From Protoeuglena noctilucae (Eukaryota), in the NCBI GenBank assembly GCA_958009085.1, contig OY253683.1, forward strand, positions 372,001 through 436,000: a DNA stretch of 64,000 nt. The letters run 5' to 3'. Shown here in pieces: positions 12,191 to 22,892 of this stretch (position 1 is its first letter; the number at the start of each line of letters is the position of its first letter). Position numbers and translations under genes: made by a program. Under the pieces are notes generated by a model, which worked only from the letters and a program-made list of their open reading frames with translations, did not search any database and was not told the DNA's origin.

Positions 12191-14931
12191 TCACCCCTCC
12201 GCCTGCTCCTCCCCGAGCGCCACCGTGCTGCCCTTGTCAGACGCCGCGTCCGACTGAGTCATGGCGTTGCGCAGGCGCACCATCGACACCCCGTCGACCA
12301 CCATGTCATCCGCCGCCGGCGCCTGCACCACCTCCTGGCGCAGCCGGACCCCGTTCAGGTGCACGTGCACGTGCACGACGGGCCCTGCGAGAGAAGGAAC
12401 GAAGCGCGAGGGTCAGACCGACCCATGAACCCTGGCAGCTGTCCCACCATCCCCCTGCATGTATGTTTTTGCGACTGACCAGTCTCAAAGCAACCCAACT
12501 CACCGTCCTTGGCGGCCTCCTCCCCGCCCTCCTCGCCCTCCTTCTCCTCCTCCTCCTCGCCCTCCTTCTTCTCTTCGTCTCCCTCCTTCTTCTCCTCCCC
12601 GCCGCCCTCCTTGGCCTCATCCGAGGACTCCTTTCCGCTCTCGGCCTTGTCGTCCTTGGCCGCCTCGCGCGCCTCCAGCTTGGCCGCCACGATCTTGCGC
12701 AGGTCGCTCAGCGCCAGCTCCGGCTTGCCGTAGCACGACAGCAGCACGGACGACACCTCGGCGGGCGCCACCAGGTCCGCGGGCAGGGCGCCCACCTCGT
12801 CCTCCAGCGGGTGGTTGTCCCCGAACACGCGGCGCCAGAACTGCCGGAACATGGCCTGGTCACAAAGCCCCACGTAGATGCACTCCATGCGCCGCGCGCG
12901 CAGGAAGCTGGAGTCCTCCCCCATCTGCATGAGCTTCTCAATCGAGTTGGACGTGGCGATCACCACGCGCCCGGGCACGTTGAGGGCCCCGTCCAGGATC
13001 GCCTTGATGGAGTGGACGGACGGCGGGTCGTTGGCGCCGATCTTGACGGTCGAGGGGCCCGTGTTGGTGATGGCGCCGCCCACGCCTGCGGCAAGCGAGA
13101 GGCTCTTGGAGAAGAAACCCCCGCGGTTGTCCTCGAGCAGCTCCTTGAGCGCGTGGTCGAACTCGTCCAGCAGGTACAGCACGTCCTTGGCCGAGATGTT
13201 GCTCGACTTGCCCCCCGGCCTCGTGAAGACCTCCTCCATCAGCTGCGGTGCAGGGGCGCGGTAGCAGCGCGTTCGCCGCTGTGACACCTCGCCGCCGACT
13301 GCCCGACGCTGCGCCCCGGCGCAAACAACAGACCCGCTCTGCGCCAACGCTGCCCGGCGCCGCGTCTCGCCTGCACCGTCTTCATCGACTGGAGGCGCAC
13401 GTGCAGCAGGAAGCGCGTGAGCTCCCGCGCCATCGCCTTGGCCATCGTGGTCTTGCCCGTCCCCGGCGGGCCGTGCAGGAGGATGTTGACCTGGTAATCA
13501 GCGCCGATGCGGCGGAACCGCTCAGGGTCACGCACCGCGGCCACGATGTCCTGCAGCCGGCGCCGGCAGTCCTCGGAGAGAATCAGGTCGTCCAGCATCA
13601 CCTCCCCCAGCGGGTGCTCGTTGTACTGGAGGTACAGCGAGTCATCCCAGTACGTCTTGACCTGCGGAGTGGAACAAGCGGAAGCTAGGTCGAGGGCGGT
13701 TCTGGGTTCGTCGGCCGCGACCTGGCCGCCACACGGAGGCCTGTGGAGGCTTCCCTATCCCCACCCCTCGCAGATGAGCCCAAGCGCCGCGGAGCGCCGC
13801 CCTCACCTCCGGCCGGAGGACGGTGAGCTTGCGCCGGAGGAGCTCGTCGATGTGCGCGTTGTACTCCTTCTCCCACTGCTTGAGCGTCGCGTCCAGCGCA
13901 GCCGAGGAATCCTTGCAGTAAACGTCAATGTGCACGCTCTGCTTGGGCGTCATGGCGTGGGCCAGGCCCATGCCCATCCCCCAAGCCCCGCCGCCGTTGT
14001 TGTTGTTGTTGCCGTTGTTCTCCGGAGGGTCCCGGGAGTCCACGGCCGTCTTGATCCACAGGGACGTCTTGCCGTCTGTCAGACGGAGCTTGCGCTCGCC
14101 CACGGGCATCAGGTACGACATGGTCGTCTCGTCCGAGTTGGTGGCGCCCCTGGGCGAGAAATGGGAAGAGGCTTGCTGCCTTGGCAAAAGGGCGGCGACG
14201 ATGGCACCCGAGGACAGGCACGCTTCACGTGACGTGTTGCAGGCCAATGCGTATGGCGCTCGCCCACCGCGTGGCGCTTCATGCATCGCAGCCGACCCGC
14301 GCATGGCGCTCACCGGAGGGGCGTGAGGACCTGGAGCGACACGCACTGGGCGTGGATCTTGTGCTCAATCAGGTACTGGTGGATGCGGTGGAGGACCGCC
14401 AGGAAGCGGTCGGGGACGTGGTCCTTCTCGACCGTCATGTCGAAGGCCACCTCGGCCGACAGCGTCACGGACGCCATCCCGCGCCACTCCCACCACTGCT
14501 TGAACACCTCCACCCATCCCTGCTTGTACACCGAGTAGATGGCGTACCCAACCGCCGCCCAGGCGATGAAGTGAAGCGGGATCTGGTCCCCCGTCTTGAG
14601 GGAGCTCAGGATGGTCTGCGTGTGACGGGGCAATCGACGTGTTGACGCGGCTGGAGGACACGCCGTGCGCGCTCGCCCCAATATGCACAGGGTTGCGTGC
14701 CAACATGGGCCGCGTCAAAAGTCCGCTCCGCTTCGCAGAATCGACAATTCCGGACGCACTGCTGCCGGCCATGGAGCGTCGCGGGCCATCGGAGCCTCGC
14801 TCGGCGCTGGCCGCCCAGGGAAATCCGCCATGCATCGCCGTGCTTCGCTCGCGTGTCACCTTGACCGTCCCCTGGAGTGCCTCCGTTAGTCCCAGCATGA
14901 AAATGAGCTGCTGAGGGTCGATAGCGCTCAT
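12191..14931 (-). CDS. BCS1-like membrane-anchored AAA+ ATPase, paralog 1 (6 exons)
   Basis: N-terminal TM segment ([17 protein letters not shown]), Walker [14 protein letters not shown], Walker B YLLDEFD, ILDG...GRVVIATSN, Arg finger LRARRM and an acidic linker. Last exon [12 protein letters not shown]...; stop TGA at 12191. Confidence 0.82.
12640..13007. repeat. 368-bp near-identical direct repeat, copy 1 (copy 2 at 20129-20496)
   Basis: Base-by-base comparison with 20129-20496 found only 2 mismatches. It lies in the C-terminal part of the AAA domain of both ATPase paralogs. Confidence 0.95.
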
Positions 14932-15488
14932 CTCCGTCTGCGGATGGGGGCCATCGTGGGGCCGGCATGCAGGCGCAGGTGGGACGCCGTGCGGCGTGGC
15001 CCGGAGGCCTGGGCCGAAACTGCGCCGAATGAGCGCGACGGGCAAACGAGCCGCCGCCACAAAGCGCGGCTTGAATCCCTTGGCGGCTGCCAGGCCGCCG
15101 CAAGGGGCGGGGCCCGGCGTGCTTCATGGTCCAAGTCGGCTACCATCACCGCGCCGCAAGCCGACCGCCTCCAGCGCAACGATATCGATGTCACGCTGCG
15201 CAGGCAACGATGCGCTCGGCAAACGCGACCCAGCCCGCTCTTACCTCGAATGCGGAAGGTCTCGAGCCCTTTTCGAGCAATTCCTGTCCTTAAAGCAGTC
15301 GCGGTGGGGCTGGAACCCCTAATCTTGGTCTACCGAAGCGCATTATGCGCATGCAACGCCCTGCCGCGCCCTCTTTATGCAGCAAGGACCGGGCCGCGGG
15401 CAAGGTCATCCCCACTGGCACTTTGGCCGCGGGCTCAATTCGCAATAAAAACCCTATCCGTCCCAGCGGAGCGAGGCAAACAAGCGTA

Positions 15489-17287
15489 TCATGCCGCACC
15501 CGTCTCGGCGAGCATCCTCCGCACCGCGTGCCCCAGCTCAGCCTCGAACTGCGAGGGCGGCATGCGGAGGGTCCTTTTGGCGGCATGCGAGACGTATCGC
15601 GATGGGGAGGCAACGTCGATGGCAATCGTTCCCTACCTCGTCGGTAGCCGCACGAAGGGCGTCGTCCAGGGCCCTCAGGACCGCGTCCCTGTCCAGGCCG
15701 CCCGGCCTCGGCGGCACAAGCGGCACGCGAGCCGCGGCACCCGCCCCCTCCATGCGCCGCAACAGTTCCTCCTGGCGCTCCCGAAACTCCCTGTCCCGGT
15801 CCGCCTCCCGGCGTATCTGCAACCAGGGTGCGTCGGCATGAGGACCGACCTCATCCTCATCCCCAGCTCCCTCCCCAGGCGCCCACCTCAGCCTCGAGTT
15901 GTCGGAGCTCCTCCCGCATGGGCGATATGAGGTCGGCGTGCGCCGTACTGGGCGGCGCGACGCCCAGCACCACGCTGGCCCCGGCCGAGCTTTGCCCCAG
16001 GGCGTTCACGCGGATGCTTTGCGGATCTCCGGCAGAGTATCCCGCGGTCGACATGGGCGTGGCGGCCGGCATGCGGGCAGGGCTCTCGCCCTCCCGCAGA
16101 GCCCGGTTCCGATCCTCCATCGCCGTCACCCTTGCGAACCGCTGCGACGGCCGAGGCACACAAGGGATGCGTCGCGCTGCGGTGGGGCGGCTCTGCAAGA
16201 GGCATCCGCGTCCCCCAGTTTTCTCACCTCTTCCAGCTCCCTGTGCTGCACATGCGCCTCGCGGTGCGCCCCCCGGCAACGCTCCAGCACGCCGTCCGCA
16301 CGCGCCAGCTCCCTCTGCAGGAGAACCTGCAGCCACGCGGCCGCGGCTTCCCGCTCGTCCGCCCGCGCGGCGTCGACCGTCTCGGCCGTGAACGCCCCCG
16401 TGCACAGCTTCCCCTCCAAGCCGGCCTGCCGCAGCGTGTCGACCGACCCGGGCCGCGCCTCCCTCCTCGCCTGCGAGCGGCGCAGGAAGGCCTGGCATGT
16501 CCCGTCGCAGGAATCTATGTGCAATGCACCCGGGTTGGCCCCTCCATGGCTCCGTGCCAGGTGGTGCGTCACACCTGGGCCAGGGCGGCCCACGTGTACG
16601 GCTCGAGGGGTTGCGTCCCCGAGGACGGGCACGGGAGCGTTGAAACAAGGTCCGGCATCTCCTCCTCCTTCCCCACGCGCGTCTCCTTGGTCCGCGGCGT
16701 ATAGTCCTGCCCCTTGATGGCCTTCACCCGCGTCTTGCGGGCCCTGCGGACCCCCTGAGCGAGCTCCGCGGAGCGTCCCGCCTCCCTGTGCATGAGAGCG
16801 AAAGACTGGAAATGCCCCATCCGACTCCAACTGAACGGGCCAGCGCGCCTGCCCCACATGCACGCACCGCTGCTCGATTTCCGCCGCCAGCGCCGCCTCG
16901 TACTCCGCGAGGGCTTGGCGAATGCGTTAACCGGCGTCTTCCAAAGCGATATATTGGTCCAAGCGACGCGAAGCCCGCTCGTGCAGCTCGCCATTCAGCC
17001 TGCGAGCGTGGAGCACATTGTTACGCCCGACTCGCTGCCGCGGGGCTCGCCCTGGACGCACGCAATGCTCCTGGGCATCGCTCGACGCCCGCTCACCTCA
17101 CGCACGCCTGCATGACGCGCATGGTCTGAGCGAGGGGGACGACGGACGATGCATCCGGGAGGCGGGTGCGCGCCAGCGTCCTCGCGGCTGCCCTGAGTGC
17201 TACGGGCTGCGCCCTCCCCTGCTCCAGCAGGCCGGCCAGGGCCGAGACCTGGGGAGCGTCGGGAACAAGGGCGTTGTTGTCGCCCAT
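15489..17287 (-). CDS. Uncharacterised coiled-coil protein, 7 exons, interrupted by one in-frame TAA (16927-16929); pseudogene, base error or recoding
   Basis: Seven GT-AG exons join in consistent phase: MGDNNALVP...MQACVR / LNGELHERASRRLDQYIALEDAG*RIRQALAEYEAALAAEIEQR / EAGRSAEL... / AFLRRSQ... / RFARVT... / IRREADRD... / FEAELGHAVRRMLAETGAA*. The start is uncertain. Confidence 0.6.
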
Positions 17288-17722
17288 CGTGGCGCCCCCT
17301 CCACGGCGCCCACGTGGGCGCGGGGAGTCCAGCCGCCGCTCCAGCTCTAAACTAGCGAACGAAGGATGCGATGTTTGGTGCCAGAGCAGCTTCTTCAGGC
17401 TTGGTCTGGGGCTGACTGACACGCGTGTGGCGTCAGGAAACCGAACCAAGCTCTTCGGGGGACAGCCCGCGAGCTGCCCGCAACAGTTACAGCTTCCGCA
17501 GGCACGTGGTCATTGTCACGTCGCTTCTTGTCATCGCATTCGTCGAGAGATCCAAAGAAATCTGCGTTCTCTCCTGTGTTCTCTGCGTTGACGGAGCGGC
17601 AATCGCAGAAGGGGTCGCGTGCTGCCTCTTTGGCAAGGAAGGTTGAAAAGCCAGCTTGCAGACGGTTTCCTCGACGTCGCCTCGGCTTAGGGTTGCGGGC
17701 TTCACGTCTCTCGGGGTTGGCC

Positions 17723-18907
17723 ATGCCGCCACGCAAGGAGGACGACCGGCTAGGCCTCCTGCAATACGCAGGTCTGTCATTAGCTTGACCATGAACGCCA
17801 GGCAATCTCGGTGTGCGTGCCGCTGAGGGTACCAAGTTGCCCTCCTTGGCGCCCTCCTTGGCGCATTCGAGGATCCCGACCGTTGGAGCGCTCTCATCAT
17901 GCAGGAGTCGCGTCGGACGATCCCCATCAGCACCACGACGATGCCAACGGGGCCCGAGGACGGCAGGATTTCCATGGGGACGCAGGCGTTCGCGACACGG
18001 GGGAGGCTGTGCCCAACCCCTTGGCGCCATACCCACAGCAGCTGGCACCGCAGGGCGCGACGGGGGCGACCACAGGTGTGAGAGCATGGCCTTCCTTTCG
18101 TTCCCCTGAGACCAACCTCTGCTATCACGCATAAGTAGTACTATACGTGCGCCCTCGGATGCACCCGCAGGTGGCTCCATGTACTTCGTGCCGGAGCTGC
18201 CGGATATCGAGGTCTTGTGGGCCCGGCAGCGGCCCATCGTGACAGCCATGCTCGTGCTGTCAGTTCTAGGCACAGCGTGGCACGTCCTCATCCTCCTCGC
18301 GTGGGTCTTCGTGTTCGGCCTCGCGGGGCAGATTGCCGGCATCGTCGCGACCAGCATGTACGTGTGCAACTGCGGCGCGAGCCACGTCACTGGGCCCATC
18401 CGGTCGATGCGCGCGGCGCTGACGGCCTCTCTGGCACTCACGGGCGTCTCCGCCGTCCTCAGCTTCTACATCGTCGTGGGTGAGCGAGGGGATGGCATGT
18501 GCTGTTCGCTGATGCCCTCTGCAACCTTCGCTCGACGCCGTCAGCTGGACCACGTGCCACCCTCCGCAGTGGCGTGCGTCATTGGTGACATCGGGCTGGG
18601 TATCCTGAGCGTGCTGCACATCGTGGGGTACGGCATCTTCCTGTACCTGGGTGTCGGCGTGTGGAAGGCGGCGACGAGGGTGATTCGCGAATTACCCACG
18701 GGGATGCAGGTGCGTTCCAGGCTGTGGCCCTTGCAGTGCGGCTTGCTTGCGATCGCAGCCATGCCGGTGATGCGGGGAATTCGTGCTTCGCAGAACATCG
18801 TGGTGAACGTGCCGCGCCAGTACGAGTTGCGGGAGGCCGCTCCCACAACGAACGGCATTCCCATCGCCGCGGGTGTCCCTGTCCGGCTGGGGCAGGACGC
18901 TGCATGA
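17723..18907 (+). CDS. Uncharacterised integral membrane protein (~4 TM), 5 exons
   Basis: MPPRKEDDRLGLLQYAG / VASDDPHQ...GATT / GGSMYFVPELPDIEVLW...hydrophobic helices... / VACVIGDIGLGILSVLHIVGYGIFLYLGVGVW / NIVVNVP...GQDAA*. GT-AG introns are phase-consistent. Confidence 0.7.
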
Positions 18908-19158
18908 GCCTGGCAGGGCCAGAGGTGGCAGGCGTCTTGCTGTGAGCCTGGCCCCGGCGCCAGTGCAAGACGCTGTGTGGGTGATACGGGTTGCCCTTTG
19001 ACGGGGTTGAGTAACCGATCCACACCGCACCGCGGATGCTCTGTGCTGCAGCGTCAGACACAGAGGCAAGCTTTCAGTTCCTGTGCGTCCCTTCTCTATG
19101 TATATACAACGGAAAGATGTGACTTGGTGCCGCCGCCATCGTTGCGCTGGCTGGCCAG

Positions 19159-19661
19159 ATGTTGAAAGACGTTTTCGTCGGCGCCCTCAGCCCCGGGGTG
19201 AACGGTGCGTTCGTCACATAGGGATCTGGTGGCAGCAGTGTTCGTGAAGGACAGCGGGCGCTGCATAACAGCGCTACCCAGCCCCGTTAAGCCCCGTTCT
19301 TCCCCCGCAGCCACGACCCTCCTTGTGATCAACGGCAGTGTCGTTTTGTTGCTCTTGATCGTGGGCCTGCTGGCCTGGGCTACAGCGGACGTCGCACCGG
19401 AGCTCACGGTGCGTGACTCGCGTGGCTTGCGGTGCACAGGGATGCTCCACCGTCCCTATGCTGACATTTGCATCCATTTTGCATCCCTAGGTGCACTGGA
19501 TCGTGATTGAGATCGCATCTGTGGTCCTGCTTATCGTCTTCAACTGGCTCATCGCGAATATCGGCATTGCCGACCCGGTGGAGCAAGCAAAGCACGTCGA
19601 AAGTATGCTACGCGGCGGCGACGACAGGCCCGCGGAGGAACAGCTAAGAAAGCAAGAATAG
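19159..19661 (+). CDS. Pkr1-like small ER membrane protein (V-ATPase assembly factor family), exons 19159-19204, 19311-19408, 19491-19661
   Basis: Spliced MLKDVFVGALSPGVNATTLLVINGSVVLLLLIVGLLAWATADVAPELTVHWIVIEIASVVLLIVFNWLIANIGIADPVEQ...* has the PG..T, two-TM, H and NW pattern of Pkr1. The family call is by recall. It is largely missed by the ORF track. Confidence 0.7.
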
Positions 19662-19693
19662 CTACTACGTCATAACAAGTGAGCCGATAGCTA

Positions 19694-22278
19694 CTAGTCG
19701 TCGTGGACGGTGGACCCCCGCGACGACGATGCGCCGCCGCAGACCGACGTGCGCGGGCTGTCGTCGCCCTTGGCGACATCAGGAGTCTCCCGGCCCCCGG
19801 CAGCCTCTGCGGGTGCCTCTGCCGCTGCCGCCCTGTCCTGGGAGCTCTTGACATGCAAGGTCAGGTTGATGTTCACGTTGGTCGTCCCTCCCTTGGCCGC
19901 TGCAGACGGAGGAGCGAGTTGCGAGGGGTCACATGAGCGCAGACGGAATGCACGATTCCATGTCCCTACAGGGCAGCAGCGGAGTGCCTCCTCACCCTTC
20001 TTGCCCTCCTCCTCGTCGTCGTCGTCATCTTCACCCTCCTCATCCTCTCCCCTGGGGCCCTTGCGGCCTCCCTTCTTGCCGCCCTTTGCCTTGCTGCCCT
20101 GGTCCTTACCGCCCTGGTCCTTCCCGCCCTCGGCCTTGTCGTCCTTGGCCGCCTCGCGCGCCTCCAGCTTGGCCGCCACGATCTTGCGCAGGTCGCTCAG
20201 CGCCAGCTCCGGCTTGCCGTAGCACGACAACAGCACGGACGACACCTCGGCGGGCGCCACCAGGTCCGCGGGCAGGGCGCCCACCTCGTCCTCCAGCGGG
20301 TGGTTGTCCCCGAACACGCGGCGCCAGAACTGCCGGAACATGGCCTGGTCACAAAGCCCCACGTAGATGCACTCCATGCGCCGCGCGCGCAGGAAGCTGG
20401 AGTCCTCCCCCATCTGCATGAGCTTCTCAATCGTGTTGGACGTGGCGATCACCACGCGCCCGGGCACGTTGAGGGCCCCGTCCAGGATCGCCTTGACGGC
20501 CTGCACCGTGGGCGCGTCCTCCGCCCGCACGCGCCGCGTGTTGGGCTTGTTGCGCATCCACTGGCTCCCCGGGTCCTCCTTTTCCCGCTCCTTGAGCGTC
20601 ACCGTGCTGTTGGCCACCATCTCCTGCAAGGCGTGGTCGAACTCGTCTAAAAGGTACACGACGGAGTCCGCGCCCAGGGCCGCGCTGTCGCCCCCGGGGC
20701 GCGTGAAGATCTGCTCGAGGCACGCCGTGGAGTCGATGGCGGGCAGGCGCACGTGCAGCAGGAAGCGCGTCAGGTCCCGGGCGATGGCCTTGGCCATCGA
20801 CGTCTTGCCCGTGCCTGGCGGGCCGTGCAGCAGGATGTTGACCTGGTAGTCGGCGCCGAGGCTCTTGAAGCGCGCCGGGTCGCGCACCGCAGCCACGATG
20901 TCCTGCAGCCGGCGCCGGCAGTCGTCCGACAGCACCAGGTCGTCGATGCGCGTCTCGGCGAGCGGGTGCTCGTGGTAGGCGATCGACGGAGCGCTGCACC
21001 ACGGGCGCCGCTTGATCTGGGGGACAGCATGGGTAGCGACGGGTCAGGCACAGGTCTCATGGGATGCTCGTCGTTCCGTAGACGGTGTGGATGGGGACGT
21101 GCATGCCGCAGGCCGGACACGCGGGCTGGCTCGTGGGCAGAGATAAGCGGCACCCCACACCTCGGGCCGCAGCACGGAGAGGTGCCTCCTTGCCGACTCG
21201 CGCACGTGGTCGTCGTACTCCCTCTCCCACGCCCGCAGCACGGCGTCCAGCTCCGCCGAGCTCCCGGCGCAGAGCACCTCCACCGTGATCTTCTCCTTGG
21301 GCCCCGCCTGCTCTGCCATGCGGCTGCACGCACGGCACACACGGGACGGGGTCTCGCGAAGGCGCAGCTGGATGCGGCGAGCTGCTGTGTTACCTCGCGT
21401 CCCTGACTGACAGAGCGTGCACTTCGAAAACGCACAGCTCAACCCTCACCTCATGTCGCCCAGGTCGCCCCAGGGGTCCATGACGGGAACCACGGCCTGC
21501 TGCTGGCGGCCCGGCTCCTCCTGGGTGATGTTACCACGCACCCAGACCTTCTCCCGGCCCCTGGCGTCCCTCGCGAGGCAGATCTTGCGCCACTTGATGG
21601 GGAGCATGTAGGTCATGGACTCCTCCTCGGTGCTGCCGATGCCGCGCAGGGTCGTGGCCACTTGCACAGAGACGCTGAAGGCATGGAGGGTGCTGGTGGC
21701 GAGGTGGGCGTTGATGCGGTGGAGCACAGCCAGGAAGCGCTTGGGCACGTTGTCCTCATCCACTGCGGTCCTAGCCGGGGCAGGAGACTCAGCGGGGCAG
21801 GATACTCACAAGGGCACCGTGCAGGCGACATGGCCCGTCACATGGGCGACAGGGCATGTGGCAGCGACCCGTCACTCGCCTGAAAGGTCCAGGGAGAGGC
21901 GGGCGTTCAGGCTGACCGAGGCCCTTCCGCGCCTCCCCCACCAGGACCACAGCACCCTGTGAGGGTGGTACTTGGTGTGGACGTACCAACCGACGGCCAA
22001 GAGGACGACGACCCACAGCCGCCGGCCATCGGGGCCCACCAGGGGGCCGACCACTTCCTGTGGTCGGGGCACGCGGATGCATTGGTTGCCTGGGGCTGCC
22101 TCAGCGGAGGGTGTTGGCGCTTGCGGACCCGGTCCGGACACCGGCAGCGCGTTACTCGCGCCGAGCGACGACCGGGCCAGCGGTCCCCCGCACTTGCCTT
22201 GGCCAAATCTTGAAGAAAATCCTTTAAACCAAACATCAGGATCATTTGGTTGAAGTCCATCCCGCCGCGTCCGTCCAT
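19694..22278 (-). CDS. BCS1-like membrane-anchored AAA+ ATPase, paralog 2 (6 exons)
   Basis: MDGRGGMDFNQMILMFGL (paralog 1: [12 protein letters not shown]), TM LWVVVLLAVGWYV, Walker [10 protein letters not shown], Walker B YLLDEFD, the same AAA C-terminal half as paralog 1, an acidic linker and last exon AAKGGTTNVNINLTLHV. GC donors at 22197 and 21879. Confidence 0.82.
20129..20496. repeat. 368-bp near-identical direct repeat, copy 2 (copy 1 at 12640-13007)
   Basis: Offset 7489 nt from copy 1, with 2 mismatches. Confidence 0.95.
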
Positions 22279-22892
22279 GGTTGGCCCCTCCGCGCTGGGG
22301 CGCTTAGCAGCGCGGGGGTTTGGGGAGGCTAATTTTGCTGCGGAGCACGCCCGTCCCCCAGGGCGGCGGCGGCTCGCCGGCGACTATCGTCGCCCCTGCG
22401 ACCCTGGATTTTCCAACACTGCAAGCATGGGATCGAATAGGCGCCATGGAATTGCCATCGCGAGGCTGGAGCAACTGACATGTGTTACGAAGCACGGCAT
22501 CTGATGGCCGTATCCAAAGCATCGAAAGACTCGAATCGCACGAGCATCACATATGCGTGCTAAATGAATGCGAGATCGCTTGGGGACAACCCAGGATATG
22601 CCTCCCCGCGCTTACCTGGTGAGTGAGATGGAAAAAGAAACGCCCCTCTCAAGCTCTCTATTCCAGTGGATTTGCAAGCAGCCGAGGAGAGCGGCTTGAT
22701 GTGGCAGCGTAAATTATGCTGGCAGACCAGTTGAAGCCGAAGCTTTTAGCTTCCAAACGGCGGGCCGCGGCCTGGGGCATGTACCTGTGCTGCACACCTA
22801 GGGTGCGCGTTTTTGCTTCTTTAATCCTCCTGAGCTGCAAAATAAGATGATTAGATGGCTATGGATAGGACATTGTCGTGTTCTCACGCTTG

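Noticed and set aside
17395..17724. Minus-strand ORF segment (MANPERRE...) whose ATG overlaps the membrane gene's ATG in a CATG palindrome
   Set aside because: It has no recognisable motif or supported splice link to the downstream coiled-coil gene, and may be promoter/UTR sequence.
22608..22730. cttacctgg resembling the U1 snRNA 5' end
   Set aside because: It lacks the ATAC start, the loop I/II consensus and a proper Sm site. It is simply the complement of a splice-donor-like word.
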